NCBI GenBank assembly: GCA_038141865.1
Contig: JAYQIX010000006.1
Span: forward strand, 20,532-84,531
From: Gammaproteobacteria bacterium
GTDB taxonomy: Bacteria > Pseudomonadota > Gammaproteobacteria > Magnimaribacterales > D2472
Reading direction: 5' to 3'
Length of the DNA: 64,000 nucleotides
Shown here: in pieces, positions 30,467 to 43,285 of the stretch
Layout of the letters: the number at the start of each line of letters is the position of its first letter
Numbering within the stretch: the first letter of the stretch is position 1
Translations under genes and position numbers: made by a program
The notes under the pieces: generated by a model
The model's input: only the letters and a program-made list of their open reading frames with translations
Databases searched by the model: none
What the model was told of the DNA's origin: nothing

Positions 30467-31625
30467 AAAATTTCTTAATAACAGTTCTACTTTCTTTTTC
30501 TATTGTTGCTGAATCTCAAAGCTTCGTTCCAAATTCTCCTCCATTAAATGTGAAGAGCTATATTTTGCTTGAGCCTAATACAGGAACTGTAATTGCTGAA
30601 TTTAATTCCGATGATGCTATTGAGCCAGCAAGCATGACAAAAATAATGACCAGTTATGTGGTTGCTGATCAAATTGATAATGGCCTTATTTCGCTTGATG
30701 ACGAGGTTTTAATTAGCGAAAAAGCATGGAGAATGCAAGGTTCAAAAACTTTTATAGAAGCTGGTAAAAAAGTAAAAGTTTCTGATTTATTAAAAGGTAT
30801 TATGATTCAGTCAGGGAATGATGCCTCTGTTGCAATTGCCGAGTATGCTGGAGGAACTGAAGATGGTTTCGTAGATTTGATGAATGCCTATGCAGAGTCT
30901 CTTGGTATGAAAAACACATCATTTAAAAACTCAACAGGACTTCCAGACTCTGATCACTACTCTTCAGCCAAAGATTTAGCAAACTTAACCTCAAACTATA
31001 TCAATAAATTCCCAGATGAATATGCACTATACAAAGAAAAACAATTTACATTCAATAATATAAAGCAGCTTAATAGAAATAAATTGCTATGGAGAGATGA
31101 ATCTGCTGATGGTGTAAAAACTGGCCATACCAGCTCAGCTGGATATTGTTTAGTTGGCTCAGCTCAAAGAGGCGGAATGCGACTAATTACGGTTGTAGCC
31201 GGAAGCAAATCAGATAAGGATAGATTCTCTGATACCCAAAGATTGCTAGAATATGGATTCAGATTTTTTGCAACTCAAAAGGTCTTATCTGCAGACCAAG
31301 AGCTAAAAGAAATATCAATATGGGGAGGCTTGGCAGATACTTTAAAGATAGGAGTTAATAGAGATATTTCTTTAACTTTGCCCAGGACTAGCTTTAAAGA
31401 TTTAAAAATAAATTATAAACACAAGAATAACTTACAAGCACCAATAAAAATGGGTGATGAGGTAGGGGGGAAATAGAAATAGTTAGTAATGGGGAGATTG
31501 TCTATACTGAAAAACTTGAAGCACTTGAAAGCATTGAATCAAAAGGCTTTTTTGGAAGAATTTGGTCTAAATTTGTTTTATGGATAATGAGTCTCTTTGG
31601 ATTTGGAGATAATGAATCAAGTTAA
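30463..31625 (+). CDS. dacA: D-alanyl-D-alanine carboxypeptidase PBP5/6 (apparent frameshift in G run near 31465-31471)
   Basis: PASMTK, SGN, KTG; C-terminus continues in the shifted frame to the amphipathic GFFGRIWSKFVLWIMSLFG. Confidence 0.9.
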
Positions 31626-32442
31626 AGCAGTCTTTCAGGGTGACTTTGATCTACTAGAAAACATAAAAATCTCACCTCTCAGCAGGGGTTATACATTCTC
31701 AGATGGCATATATGAAGTAGTGCCATTTCATAATAATATTCCAATTGCGTTTGATGAGCACATCATAAGATTTAAGAAAAGTGCAGATGCTATGAATATT
31801 GTATTCGATGAGACAAAAGTTATTGATGAAATGTCTCAATTGATAGATATGTGTGATGGAAACAATGGATATGTTTACTATCAGATCTCAAGAGGGATAG
31901 ATGAAATAAGGAGCCATATTCATAACTCAAATTTAGAACCTGAGTACTTTGGATACTCTTTAAATTATGATTTTGAAGATAAGAAATTTAAGGTTTTGCT
32001 TTGTGAAGATATTAGGTGGGGCAGATGCGACATTAAATCAACTTCTTTATTAGCAAATACCCTGATGATGAATAATGCCGCATTAAAAGGCTGTAATGAA
32101 ATTATTATGCACAAAGATGGCATTATCACAGAAGCAGGCGCATCAAATGTTTTTTTTATAATAGATAATGCTGTTTGCACACCAAGTCTAAATAATAATA
32201 TTTTGCCTGGTATAACAAGAGACATGTCTATAAAGATTTTTAGAAAAAATAATATTAACGTCTTTGAAGATAATTTTTCTATTGAACAACTGTTGTCCGC
32301 ATCAAAAGTCTGGTTAACAAGTTCTACAAAGGGAATGGCAGAGGTTACGGATGTTTATTCAGAAAATCATAGCATTGAAAGTGAAAACACTTTGTTCAAT
32401 AAATGTGAGGATATTTTTAGAACAGCCTTCTTTAACGACTAG
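31612..32442 (+). CDS. dat: Class IV aminotransferase, probably D-amino acid aminotransferase
   Basis: RGYTFSDGIYEV, RWGRCDIKSTSL, TEAGASN, ILPGITR; position after dacA; GGAG RBS. Confidence 0.78.
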   Translation: MNQVKAVFQGDFDLLENIKISPLSRGYTFSDGIYEVVPFHNNIPIAFDEHIIRFKKSADAMNIVFDETKVIDEMSQLIDMCDGNNGYVYYQISRGIDEIRSHIHNSNLEPEYFGYSLNYDFEDKKFKVLLCEDIRWGRCDIKSTSLLANTLMMNNAALKGCNEIIMHKDGIITEAGASNVFFIIDNAVCTPSLNNNILPGITRDMSIKIFRKNNINVFEDNFSIEQLLSASKVWLTSSTKGMAEVTDVYSENHSIESENTLFNKCEDIFRTAFFND

Positions 32443-33415
32443 AAAGCTCAAGAACAAGGTCGCTTAGCCTTTCCCAAAAATTTGTTTTGTTAATTCCTTT
32501 ATTAGATAAATCCAATTCAAATATTTTTTTTTGAAATCCAATTAATCTTTTTAACTTAAATGATTGCATTAGTTTTTTATAATCTGAGACTTTATTGCTC
32601 CAAACTCCAAGTTTCAAAAGAGCTGCATCTGGTCTCGAAGATTGCAAAGCAGCAACTGCATTGTTAATTATTTTTCCTATTACCCAAACAAGCAGAGCAG
32701 CATAATGATCATCATGCTCTTTAATAGATTGAATAATTCTTAAAGCTTCACTTGGATTCCTTTTTAAGATCATATCCTCGAGTTCAAATGGGACAAATTC
32801 AGCATTATCGTTAACATAATCAATTTGTATATCATGATTGTTGATACTAATGAGCTTTAAAAGATTTACTTCATTTTGTTGTGCAACAAGATTGCCCGAA
32901 TTTAGAGCAGATATTCTCTCAATGGCTTCTGGTCTTTTTTTATCATCTAAAAAATTTAGTTGTTTCTTTAACCAAATCTTCTCTTCAAAAGATTTTAGTT
33001 TTTGGCAGTCAATAATTAAGCCTACTTCGTCAATAGCTTTGAACCACTTTAATCTTTTATTAATCTTATCCAAACGAGAGTCAATAATTATTGCAATGTT
33101 TTCCATTGAGTTTATATTTGGAATCTCAATTAGTGATTGAATATAGTTATCGATTTTTCCCTTAGTGTGAGAAATCTCTATGAGGATCTTTGAGCCAAAC
33201 AAAGAACCTCCAGCATTTTCTAGGATTATTTGATGGATTTTATCTATCTCACTCTCTTGAATAATCCTTTTTTCTTCAAAGCCCTGATGTTGTTTTAAAT
33301 AACTTTTGATCTCATCTCTTGCATTATTTTTAAGAGCAATTTCTTGTCCAAATATAAAAAATATATTTATACCCTTATCAATATATTTCGAATATGAGCT
33401 CCCGTCACAAATCAA
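32432..33415 (-). CDS. holA: DNA polymerase III delta subunit
   Basis: FIFGQE, SLFG, GNLVA..NE, GVW; synteny with leuS-lptE. Confidence 0.8.
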   Translation of the reverse strand: MICDGSSYSKYIDKGINIFFIFGQEIALKNNARDEIKSYLKQHQGFEEKRIIQESEIDKIHQIILENAGGSLFGSKILIEISHTKGKIDNYIQSLIEIPNINSMENIAIIIDSRLDKINKRLKWFKAIDEVGLIIDCQKLKSFEEKIWLKKQLNFLDDKKRPEAIERISALNSGNLVAQQNEVNLLKLISINNHDIQIDYVNDNAEFVPFELEDMILKRNPSEALRIIQSIKEHDDHYAALLVWVIGKIINNAVAALQSSRPDAALLKLGVWSNKVSDYKKLMQSFKLKRLIGFQKKIFELDLSNKGINKTNFWERLSDLVLELSSR

Positions 33416-33857
33416 TTAGATTTACCTCAAGAATTATTTGCTGAATGAGCTCATCTTCCATTTCATTTCTGAGCATTGAAAGCATTTCATTTTGCGCCAA
33501 AGGATTTAATTCATTTGATTTATATCTTTTTAAAATCATGAATTGTTTTGTTTTCTCTTCATTGTTTCTTTCAATATTTATTATTAAAACTAACTTAAGC
33601 TCTGTTTCAAGAGATCGCAGAGCATTTCCTCCATAAACATTATATTTTTCAAATTTATATTCTCTAATATGAACTTTGCTAGTTGCAATATTATCGAATT
33701 TATTTATGTTAAAGATTTTATCTTTAAATTCATTTGGGAGGTTGTTATCAGCAGAGAACTCTATAGCTGAAGAATAGTTTAATGGAGAAAAACCACAGCC
33801 ATACACTGAGAGCACTAAAATTAAAATAGCAAAGGATTTTTTCATTTTTGAAAGCAT
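33405..33857 (-). CDS. lptE: LptE-like lipoprotein
   Basis: Lipobox VYGCGF, NPLA..E, position between leuS and holA. Confidence 0.7.
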   Translation of the reverse strand: MLSKMKKSFAILILVLSVYGCGFSPLNYSSAIEFSADNNLPNEFKDKIFNINKFDNIATSKVHIREYKFEKYNVYGGNALRSLETELKLVLIINIERNNEEKTKQFMILKRYKSNELNPLAQNEMLSMLRNEMEDELIQQIILEVNLIDL

Positions 33858-33872
33858 GATTAGTAATTTATT

Positions 33873-36282
33873 TTATAACACAAAATTAATAATTTTTTCT
33901 TTAATATAAATTACCTTTCTGATTTCTTTTCCTTCAATATTATTTCTTATATTCTCAATAGATTTTGCAGCTTCTTCAATTTCTTTCTGATCAAGACCTT
34001 TGTCTAGACTTATTTTTCCTCTTACTTTTCCATTTATTTGAACTACTAGCTGAAAGCTTGAAGCTTCCATTAGTTTGGAATCAAATTTAGGCCAGGATGA
34101 GTCAATATTTTCATTTAATATATTTTGAGCAAAGCCTTGCCAGAGATATTCTGAAATATGTGGAGCAATTGGATGAATTGCTTTAAGAATGAATATTATT
34201 GTTTCATTTAAGCAAAATACCTCTTCTTCAGTTGCTGAATCTTCTTTGAAGTTATCAGGTATAGCATTAAATAATTCCATGATTGCTGCGATTACAGTAT
34301 TGAAAGAATATCTTGAGTCATAATCATTCTGTATTTTTTGCAGGGTGCTATGCGATTTTTGTCTTAGATTTTTACCTTCATCACTAATAGAGGAGGGTTC
34401 TTGTATGCTCTCAAGTTTCCGTCCATCAACTAATTTCCAAAGTTTCTTTAAAAACCTAAATGAGCCCTCAACCGATGACTCTGACCATTCAAGGCTTTGT
34501 TCAGGTGGAGAGGTAAACATCATGTAAAGCCTCACTGTGTCAGCCCCATATTTGTCTATGTAAGCTTGAGGATCAACAGTATTTCCTTTTGATTTTGACA
34601 TTTTTGCACCGTCTTTAAGTACCATTCCTTGTGTAAGGAGTTTTTTAAACGGCTCATCGCCATCCACCATATCAAGATCTCTTAAAGCCTTATGAAAGAA
34701 CCTTGAATAGAGTAAATGCAATATTGCATGCTCAATACCTCCAATATAAAGATCGACTGGCAGCCAGTACCTAGAGTTTTCATCAAGCACATCTTTGTCA
34801 TTATCCGCTGATGGGAATCGTGCGTAATACCATGAAGAATCCATGAAAGTATCAAAAGTATCTGTTTCTCTTTTGTAGCCATCTTTAGAATTAATAAAAG
34901 CTTCATTTTGACTTAATGGTATTGGGCCGGAGCCTTCAGGTAATTCTGGTAGCTTTACTGGAAGCTCTGATTCTTCAACTACAGATGCTTCCCCATCTTT
35001 ATATACAACAGGTATAGGGCAGCCCCAATATCTTTGTCTGCTTATACCCCAGTCTCTTAATCTAAACTGCACAAGCCCCTCTCCAAGCTCTTTGCTTTGC
35101 AAATCCTTGATAATTGAGGTTATTGCCTCTTCTGAATGCATTCCATCATACTTATTCGAATCGAATAAGATGCCTTTCTCTAAGCATGGGAGCTCGGTGT
35201 TTTCTTTATTTATTACTTGTGTAATTTTTAGATTATATTTTGAAGCAAACTCAAAATCTCTTTGATCGTGTGCAGGCACTCCCATTACAACCCCTGTGCC
35301 ATAATCAAGCAAAACAAAATTTCCGATCCAAATTGGTACCTTTTTTCCCTGTAAGAGGGTGGATGGCATCTAAACCAGTAGGTATTCCTAATTTCTCAGC
35401 TTTTGCCATATCTGCTTCAGCTGCTTTCACCTCTTTGCATTTCTCAAGAAAATTCGATATCTCTATATTTTCTTTAGCCAGATCAATAGCCAGTTTATGC
35501 TGAGGTGAGATTGCTAAAAAACTTGCACCAAATATTGTATCTGGTCTAGTCGAAAAAATTGTAAGTTTTTCATTACTATTTTCTAGCTTGAAGTCTATGT
35601 GAGCACCCTCTGATTTGCCAATCCAATTTCTTTGCATTGTTTTCACATTTTCCGGCCAATCAAGCTCATCCAAAGATTCTAATAACTCATCAGCATAATC
35701 AGTAATTTTAATAAACCACTGATCTATTTCTTTAATCTCAACCTGTGCTCCAGATCTCCATCCTTTGCCATCAATTACCTGCTCATTAGCTAATACCGTC
35801 TCATCTACAGGATCCCAATTAACCATAGATTTTTTCTTATAAACAAGACCTTTGTCATAAAACTTTTTGAAGAGTAATTGCTCCCATTTATAATAATCCG
35901 AATCACATGTTCTCAGCTCTTTTGACCAATCGTAACCTAAACCAAGAGAGTTTAATTGGCCTTTCATGTATTCAATATTTTGCTTAGTCCATTCTGCTGG
36001 ACTAACTTTATTAGATATTGCAGCATTTTCTGCAGGTAATCCAAACGCGTCCCAGCCCATTGGTTGAAAGACATTAAAACCTTGCATCTTTTTATATCTA
36101 GAAATTACATCTCCTATTGTGTAGTTCCTAACATGACCCATGTGCAGTTTTCCTGAAGGGTATGGAAACATTGAAAGACAATAAAACTTTTCTCTTTCAT
36201 CAGACGTAGACTTAAATCTATTTTCGTCATTCCAAAGTTTTTGGATAGTGCTCTCTATCTCAGATGGATTGTATTCACTCAT
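33873..36282 (-). CDS. leuS: Leucine--tRNA ligase (apparent frameshift in T run near 35341-35346)
   Basis: [39 protein letters not shown]. Confidence 0.97.
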
Positions 36283-37627
36283 AATTATTTGGTAAAAATT
36301 CTTTTTCTAAATAGTTAATTGTGTGTTTATTTTTAATAAAAGTTTCATCATGCAAAACGTCCTGATGAAGTGAATGGTTCGTCTTAATGCCTTGAATAAA
36401 GAATTCATCTAATGCACTTAGCATTCTTTTGATTGCTGATTCTCTTGTATTAGCAAGAGTTATAACTTTTGATAAAAGTGAGTCGTAATATGGCGGAACT
36501 GTATAACCACCATATATATGAGAGTCATACCTTACTCCAAAGCCTCCCGGAATATGCATTTTGGTAATTAGTCCTGGAGATGGCTGAAAGGTTATTGGAT
36601 CTTCAGCATTTATCCTGCACTCAATAGCATGACCTTTAAAATCTATCTCGTCTTGATTAAGCTCAATATCCATTCCCAAAGCAATTCTAAGTTGTGCTTT
36701 AACAAGATCATATCCAGTAATCATTTCAGTAACAGGATGCTCAACCTGGATTCTTGTATTCATTTCTATAAAATAAAACTCATTATTCTCATATAAGAAC
36801 TCAATAGTTCCAACACCTTCATATTTAATTTTTTTACATAGGCTGATTGATGCATCTAAAGTCTTCTGTAAGGAGATTTCGTCAATATCAAGAGCCGGTG
36901 CTTCTTCTATAATTTTCTGATGTTTTCTTTGCATACTGCAATCACGAGTCCCTAAATGTATGGCTCCGCCTTTTCCATCGCCAACTACTTGCACTTCAAC
37001 ATGCCTTGGATTTTCAATAAATTTTTCAATATAAACTGTGCCATTTCCAAATGCACTCAGTGCTTCTTGAATAGTCACTTCGAGAGAGTTGAGCAAGTCT
37101 GATTCTTCTCTAACCATTCTCATGCCTCTGCCCCCTCCACCAGCAGTTGCTTTTATCATTATTGGATATCCAATGTTTCCTACAATTTCTTTAATTTTTT
37201 CATCTGAATCAGGAAGCTCCCCTTTATAACCTGGAACAATTTGAATACCTGCCTCTTCTGCTAAAGTCTTTGCAGTAATTTTATCTCCCATTTTCCTGAT
37301 AATTTCAGAGCTAGGACCAATAAATTTAAAACCACTTTTTTCACACATCTCTGCAAAATTTGGATCTTCTGCTAGAAATCCATAGCCAGGATAAATACCA
37401 TCTACTTCGGTTAATTCGGCTGCGGAAAGAATAGCTGCAGCATTAAGATAGCTTAATGTTGGTGATGCCGGTCCAATGCAAACAGACTCATCAGCAAACT
37501 TTAAATGCTTAAGATCTCTATCAGCAGTTGAATAAACCGCAACAGTTTTTATATTTAATTCTTTGCATGCTCGCATTGCACGCAAGGCAATTTCTCCTCT
37601 ATTAGCTATGAGAACTTTGTATGACAT
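36275..37627 (-). CDS. accC: Acetyl-CoA carboxylase biotin carboxylase
   Basis: [32 protein letters not shown]. Confidence 0.97.
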   Translation of the reverse strand: MSYKVLIANRGEIALRAMRACKELNIKTVAVYSTADRDLKHLKFADESVCIGPASPTLSYLNAAAILSAAELTEVDGIYPGYGFLAEDPNFAEMCEKSGFKFIGPSSEIIRKMGDKITAKTLAEEAGIQIVPGYKGELPDSDEKIKEIVGNIGYPIMIKATAGGGGRGMRMVREESDLLNSLEVTIQEALSAFGNGTVYIEKFIENPRHVEVQVVGDGKGGAIHLGTRDCSMQRKHQKIIEEAPALDIDEISLQKTLDASISLCKKIKYEGVGTIEFLYENNEFYFIEMNTRIQVEHPVTEMITGYDLVKAQLRIALGMDIELNQDEIDFKGHAIECRINAEDPITFQPSPGLITKMHIPGGFGVRYDSHIYGGYTVPPYYDSLLSKVITLANTRESAIKRMLSALDEFFIQGIKTNHSLHQDVLHDETFIKNKHTINYLEKEFLPNNYE

Positions 37628-37628
37628 T

Positions 37629-38066
37629 TTAATCGATGGTTATAATGTGTTGATCAAATTCCACCGGTTGCCCATCTTCAACATTTATAGAAGTAATTTT
37701 TCCGCTGAATTCTGACTTAATTTCATTCATCATCTTCATAGCTTCTATAATGCAAAGCACATCTCCAACTTCGACAGTATCACCCACTCTTATGAATGGA
37801 TCTTTATCAGGCCCTGGCTTTCTATAAAATGTTCCAACTATCGGAGATCTTACTAAGTTGCCAGATACAGTCTCATCAACCTTCTCAGTTGATTCAATTA
37901 TTGGTTGCGGTACTGCTACTTGCTGAACTGAAGGGGTGTTTGGAATAATGTTTTGACTACCACCTCTTGTGATTCGAACAGACTCATCACCCTGACCAAC
38001 CTCTATTTCAGTTAGATCAGACTCTTGTAACATTTCAATTAATTTTTTTATTTTTCTTATATCCAT
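37629..38066 (-). CDS. accB: Biotin carboxyl carrier protein
   Basis: [24 protein letters not shown]. Confidence 0.97.
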   Translation of the reverse strand: MDIRKIKKLIEMLQESDLTEIEVGQGDESVRITRGGSQNIIPNTPSVQQVAVPQPIIESTEKVDETVSGNLVRSPIVGTFYRKPGPDKDPFIRVGDTVEVGDVLCIIEAMKMMNEIKSEFSGKITSINVEDGQPVEFDQHIITID

Positions 38067-38071
38067 AATAT

Positions 38072-38506
38072 TTACTTAAATTTTAAAATTGAATCTAGGA
38101 GAGCATATTCATAACCTGAAGCACCTAATCCGCATATTACTCCTGTTGCTATATCAGAAAAATATGAGTGATGCCTAAACTCCTCTCTGCCAAAAATATT
38201 AGATATATGCACTTCATAAAAAGGAACATTTACAGCGAGCAGAGCATCTCGTAATGCAATGCTTGTGTGTGTGAATGCACCTGGATTTATAATAATTGCA
38301 TCATAAGACTCTGAAATGCATGTCTGAATTTTATCAACAAGTTCATGCTCAGCGTTGCTTTGGAAAAAATCAACACTGCATTCATGCATCTTGGCAAGAT
38401 CTAATAAATTATTCTCTATCTTCTCAAGATTAACATCACCATAGTGATTATTTTCTCTTGCTCCAAGAAGATTTAAATTTGGTCCATTAATAACTAATAA
38501 TTTCAT
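38072..38506 (-). CDS. aroQ: Type II 3-dehydroquinate dehydratase
   Basis: [27 protein letters not shown]. Confidence 0.97.
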   Translation of the reverse strand: MKLLVINGPNLNLLGARENNHYGDVNLEKIENNLLDLAKMHECSVDFFQSNAEHELVDKIQTCISESYDAIIINPGAFTHTSIALRDALLAVNVPFYEVHISNIFGREEFRHHSYFSDIATGVICGLGASGYEYALLDSILKFK

Positions 38507-38547
38507 GTTGTAGGATTTTAGCTGAATTTAAAAGATTTTAAAAGATT

Positions 38548-38970
38548 TTAAAAGATTATTTGAGATATTTTTTGAGACTGGAGCGGATAACAGAAGCCTG
38601 AGTCTGAACAACCTTGAAAGTATATCAATAAATTATTGAGATTCTCAACTTTAGCAGTACTTATAAATAGTTTTCCTCTAAGTATTTGAGTTTTTCCAAA
38701 AAACTCATCTTCGTAGGTAGTTTCATTCGAATTAATAATTAAATATTCTAACTCATTATCACCATTTACAATTTTTACTGAATTTTTATAAAGATAATAT
38801 CCATTATTAATTTGCCAATTAATATACAAAAGATCGTTATCAATATAGCCCGAAGTAACAAAAGCATCAGAGGGTTTTAATATGTCACTTTTTTCGTCAA
38901 AAAGATTTTGAGCATTTAAAGAAATGGGTGCGACTAGTAAAAGGATGGATAATTTAAGTAACTTATACAT
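38548..38970 (-). CDS. Stand-alone DsbD N-terminal (alpha) domain protein
   Basis: Signal peptide from MYKLLK; W.I..GYYLY, DEFFG, QGCSDSGFCYP; sits at the usual dsbD position before aroQ. Confidence 0.82.
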   Translation of the reverse strand: MYKLLKLSILLLVAPISLNAQNLFDEKSDILKPSDAFVTSGYIDNDLLYINWQINNGYYLYKNSVKIVNGDNELEYLIINSNETTYEDEFFGKTQILRGKLFISTAKVENLNNLLIYFQGCSDSGFCYPLQSQKISQIIF

Positions 38971-39022
38971 TACAAAATGATAAACTCTGAAATATGGAAA
39001 TGAAAGATAACACACTCCATTA

Positions 39023-40024
39023 ATGTTTAAAAAATTTCTATTAAATATTTTCTTCAACATCCCTGATTTTATTTTTAAATTTTTTGGAATGTTTAATAGC
39101 ATAGTTTATAGAGGCCACGCATTAGATGATCAAACAAAGTTTTTTTTAAAATTAATACCTATTAAGAACTTGAAAGATGAGGATGAGAGCAAAATCAAAT
39201 CCATCAGACAAGCCTATGAAAACAGATCAAGCTTTATAAATACTGCTGCAAATCCCATTCAAGATGTTAGCTATAGTGACATTGAATTAATGGATGAACT
39301 AATTTTAAGAAAGTATTCACCTAGAAAAAAACATACCAAAAAATCAATTCTTTATTTCCATGGAGGGGGTTATGCATTCGGAAGTATAAATACCCATCAT
39401 AATATTGTTCAATACTATTCATCCTATTTGGGAGCAGATATTTATTCATTAAATTACTCGCTTTCACCAGAAAATAAATATCCTAAAGCGTTAAATGAAG
39501 CTGTTACAGCATACTCATGGATGCTAGATAATGTGTCTAATGAAATAAGTGTATGTGGAGATAGTGCAGGAGGTCATTTAGCTGCATCTTTAACAAACAA
39601 GCTAATAAAAGAATCCCTCACCCTTCCTTGCAGTCAATTATTAATATATCCAATGATAAGCCCTAAATGTAATTTTAATTCGTATGAAGATTTATCTTCT
39701 GGATTTTTCTTAACAGCATCTAATATGAGATGGATATGGAAAAAATTTGTCGACAATAAGATCAGTTTTGAGGACCCATCTTGTGATTTGCTAAAAACAA
39801 ATTCAATATCAACTGAGTTTCCAGAGACATTAATTATTACTGCTGGATTTGATGTTTTGTGTGATGAAGCAGAAAAATATGCCTACCTATTACATGAAAA
39901 AAGTATTAATATTCGTCAATTACATTATCCATCGCTTATTCATGGGTTCGCATCCATGAGTAGATTGCGTAAAGCAAAATTAGCTGTAGATAATTTTTTG
40001 GATGACTATAAAAAAATATTATGA
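39023..40024 (+). CDS. HSL-family esterase/lipase
   Basis: HGGG, GDSAGG, DVLCDE, HGF. Confidence 0.9.
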   Translation: MFKKFLLNIFFNIPDFIFKFFGMFNSIVYRGHALDDQTKFFLKLIPIKNLKDEDESKIKSIRQAYENRSSFINTAANPIQDVSYSDIELMDELILRKYSPRKKHTKKSILYFHGGGYAFGSINTHHNIVQYYSSYLGADIYSLNYSLSPENKYPKALNEAVTAYSWMLDNVSNEISVCGDSAGGHLAASLTNKLIKESLTLPCSQLLIYPMISPKCNFNSYEDLSSGFFLTASNMRWIWKKFVDNKISFEDPSCDLLKTNSISTEFPETLIITAGFDVLCDEAEKYAYLLHEKSINIRQLHYPSLIHGFASMSRLRKAKLAVDNFLDDYKKIL

Positions 40025-41619
40025 GTGAAATTTTAAAAGTAAGAGACTTGAGTATAAGTTTTGCTGTCCGCGATGATTCTTTTCTTGCTGTTGATAATAT
40101 TAGTTTTGATATTCAGAGAAATCAGACTATGGCATTAGTTGGAGAGTCTGGGTCTGGAAAATCCGTTACTGCAATGTCCATATTGCAACTTTTACCAAGA
40201 CCGCAAGCATCTTACTCTAATAATTCCTCCATCCTTTTTGATGGCAAAGAGGTTATAGATGCTCCAGCAAAAGAGCTAATTAAAATCAGAGGCAACATTA
40301 TTTCTATGGTTTTCCAGGAGCCAATGACGTCTCTTAATCCATATCACAGAGTTGGAGATCAGATAACAGAATCTATTATTCTTCATTCAAAAAAATCAAA
40401 AGCAGATGCTAACAAAGAAGCCAAAAAATTAATGACTTTGGTAGAAATAGATGATGTCGATAGAAGATTTTCTGCATACCCGCATGAATTATCAGGCGGA
40501 CAGAGACAGCGCATCATGATTGCTATGGCATTAGTTAATGAGCCTGATCTTCTTATTGCGGATGAGCCCACAACCGCATTAGATGTAACAATACAAGCTC
40601 AAATATTAGATTTAATGACAAAGTTACAGAAAGAGCTTGGAATGTCGATACTCTTTATAACTCATGATTTAGGCCTAGTTGAAAAATTCTCAGACCAAGT
40701 GTGTGTAATGAAAGATGGCAAAATTGTAGAAAAAGGTAACACCCTTGAGGTCTTCAAAGATCCTCAACATGATTACACTAAAAAGCTTTTAGATGCTGAA
40801 CCTCAGCCTAAGGATAAATTTTCTTCAAATGATAGTGTTTTGCTGGATATAAAGAATCTAAATGTTTTTTATAATATTCCATCATCAAATCCATTTAAAA
40901 AAGATAGGTTTCATGCTGTGAAAGATATATCTTTTTCTATAAAAGCAAATTCTACAATTGGCTTAGTAGGCGAATCTGGTTCAGGCAAATCTACTCTTGG
41001 AAGAGCAATTGCAAACCTCATCCCTTTTGATGGCAGCATCATATACGACGGGAAAGATATAAGTATAAATTCAGCACAAGAATCTAAAAACCTTAAAAAA
41101 GATATTCAAATAGTATTTCAAGATCCATATGGATCACTATCACCAAGAATGACTATCGGAGAGATTGTAGGAGAGGGCTTGGGAGTTCATTTTTCTTATT
41201 CAAAAGAAGAAAAAAATCAAAGGATCGACAAGGTATTAAATGATGTAGGAATTAATCCATCACAGAAGTCTAAATACCCTCATGAATTTTCAGGAGGTCA
41301 AAGGCAAAGAATTGCTATAGCAAGATCATTGATTATGAGTCCAGCATTTATGATACTTGACGAGCCTACATCTGCCCTAGATAGATCAATTCAAATTCAA
41401 GTAATTAAACTTCTAAAAGATTTGCAAGATGAATACTCTCTAACATATTTATTTATTAGTCATGATTTAAAAGTTATAAGATCCATGTCTGATGAAATTT
41501 TTGTTATGAAACAAGGAAGAATTGTAGAAGCAGGTTCGGCTAGTGAGGTTTTTGATAATCCTAAAGAGGAATATACAAGAAAACTTTTAAACGCAGCATT
41601 AAGTTATGCATCAGGTTAA
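40021..41619 (+). CDS. Double-domain peptide ABC transporter ATPase (YejF-like)
   Basis: Two GESGSGKS Walker A motifs, [12 protein letters not shown] and [12 protein letters not shown]. Confidence 0.9.
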   Translation: MSEILKVRDLSISFAVRDDSFLAVDNISFDIQRNQTMALVGESGSGKSVTAMSILQLLPRPQASYSNNSSILFDGKEVIDAPAKELIKIRGNIISMVFQEPMTSLNPYHRVGDQITESIILHSKKSKADANKEAKKLMTLVEIDDVDRRFSAYPHELSGGQRQRIMIAMALVNEPDLLIADEPTTALDVTIQAQILDLMTKLQKELGMSILFITHDLGLVEKFSDQVCVMKDGKIVEKGNTLEVFKDPQHDYTKKLLDAEPQPKDKFSSNDSVLLDIKNLNVFYNIPSSNPFKKDRFHAVKDISFSIKANSTIGLVGESGSGKSTLGRAIANLIPFDGSIIYDGKDISINSAQESKNLKKDIQIVFQDPYGSLSPRMTIGEIVGEGLGVHFSYSKEEKNQRIDKVLNDVGINPSQKSKYPHEFSGGQRQRIAIARSLIMSPAFMILDEPTSALDRSIQIQVIKLLKDLQDEYSLTYLFISHDLKVIRSMSDEIFVMKQGRIVEAGSASEVFDNPKEEYTRKLLNAALSYASG

Positions 41620-41627
41620 TTAAAAAA

Positions 41628-43283
41628 ATGAATAGAAAATACTCTAAAGATTTAGTAGATGGCCCTAATCAATCTGCATCGAGATCAATGTTAAGAGGCG
41701 TAGGCTTTACTTCTGAAGATTTTAAAAAACCTCTTGTAGGAATAGCATCGACAGGTGCAAAAGTAACGCCATGCAATATGCATATTAATGAATTAGCTGA
41801 AGTTGTTGAGTCATCAATTAATAACAATAATGGGAAGGGTGTTCTTTTTAACACCATAACTGTTTCAGATGGAATATCCATGGGAACTCAGGGAATGAAA
41901 TATTCTTTGGTCTCAAGAGAAGTTATTGCTGATTCTATAGAAACTGTAGTTGGCTGCCTTGGTTATGACGGAGTAATATCTATTGGAGGATGCGATAAAA
42001 ATATGCCTGGTTGCATTATTGGCATGGCAAGACTAAATCGTCCATCAATATTTGTATATGGGGGATCAATCAAACCCAGTGAAGAAAATACAGATTATGT
42101 AACGGTTTGTGAAAAAACTGGCGAGTTTTCAAAAGGCGACCTTCCTGAACAAGAGCTAATTCACGTAGAAAAAATTTCAGTCAAAGGTCCTGGGTCATGT
42201 GGAGGTATGTATACAGCTAATACTATGGCCTCTGCAATTGAGGCTCTTGGAATGAGTCTCCCGGGTAGTAGTAGTCAAGATGCTGTTTCTAATGATAAGA
42301 AAAAAGATTGCGATGATGCTGGGAAAGCGGTTATGCACCTTTTAGAAAAAGATATTAAACCATCAGATATTATGACTAAATCAGCGTTTGAAAATGCTAT
42401 CGCTATAGTTATTGCATTAGGTGGTTCGACTAACGCAGTCCTTCATATTATTGCTATGGCTGATGCAATTGGAGTCAAAATTACATTAGATGATTTCACG
42501 AGAATAGGTAAAAAAACTCCAGTTTTAGCTGATTTAAAACCGTTTGGAAAACATTTTATGTCTGAGTTGAATGCATCAGGAGGAATACAGCCTTTAATGA
42601 AAACTATGTTAGAGAAGGGGTTGCTTAATGGGAATTGTCTCACAGTAACGGGAAAGACTTTAGCTGAAAACCTTAAAGATATAAAACCATATAAAGATAA
42701 CGAAATAATAAGATCTTTTGATAAGCCTATTAAAGAAAACAGCCATCTGAGAATCTTATATGGAAATCTAGCAAAAGAGGGAGCGGTTGCAAAAATTACT
42801 GGCAAAGAGGGCACTTCATTTACTGGTAGAGCAAGAGTTTTTAACTCCGAAGAAGATGGGGTGGCAGCAATCCTATCAAAGAAAATAACAGCTGGTGATG
42901 TTGTCGTTATTAGATATGAAGGACCAAAAGGTGGGCCTGGTATGAGAGAAATGCTGAAGCCAACCTCTGCAATTATGGGGCAAGGCTTAGGTGATAAAGT
43001 TGCTTTTATAACAGATGGAAGATTTTCTGGAGGAACTCATGGTTTTGTTGTTGGTCACATAACTCCAGAGGCAGCTGATGGTGGAGTAATAGCTATAATT
43101 GAAGATGGAGATGAAATTACTATCGATGCCAATAAAGACGAGTTGAGTCTTAACTTATCCGATGATGAGATAAATGATAGGTTTGCTAAATGGACATGCC
43201 CAAAACTTCCTCCCAAAAAGGGTGTTTTGTCTAAGTATGCAAAGAGTGTAAAATCTGCAAGCCTTGGAGCAGTTACAGATTAA
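41628..43283 (+). CDS. ilvD: Dihydroxy-acid dehydratase
   Basis: [47 protein letters not shown]. Confidence 0.97.
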   Translation: MNRKYSKDLVDGPNQSASRSMLRGVGFTSEDFKKPLVGIASTGAKVTPCNMHINELAEVVESSINNNNGKGVLFNTITVSDGISMGTQGMKYSLVSREVIADSIETVVGCLGYDGVISIGGCDKNMPGCIIGMARLNRPSIFVYGGSIKPSEENTDYVTVCEKTGEFSKGDLPEQELIHVEKISVKGPGSCGGMYTANTMASAIEALGMSLPGSSSQDAVSNDKKKDCDDAGKAVMHLLEKDIKPSDIMTKSAFENAIAIVIALGGSTNAVLHIIAMADAIGVKITLDDFTRIGKKTPVLADLKPFGKHFMSELNASGGIQPLMKTMLEKGLLNGNCLTVTGKTLAENLKDIKPYKDNEIIRSFDKPIKENSHLRILYGNLAKEGAVAKITGKEGTSFTGRARVFNSEEDGVAAILSKKITAGDVVVIRYEGPKGGPGMREMLKPTSAIMGQGLGDKVAFITDGRFSGGTHGFVVGHITPEAADGGVIAIIEDGDEITIDANKDELSLNLSDDEINDRFAKWTCPKLPPKKGVLSKYAKSVKSASLGAVTD

Positions 43284-43285
43284 AT

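Noticed and set aside
38971-39102. N-terminal extension of the DsbD-alpha ORF
   Set aside because: It overlaps the divergent esterase gene; the signal peptide begins at MYKLLK (38970).
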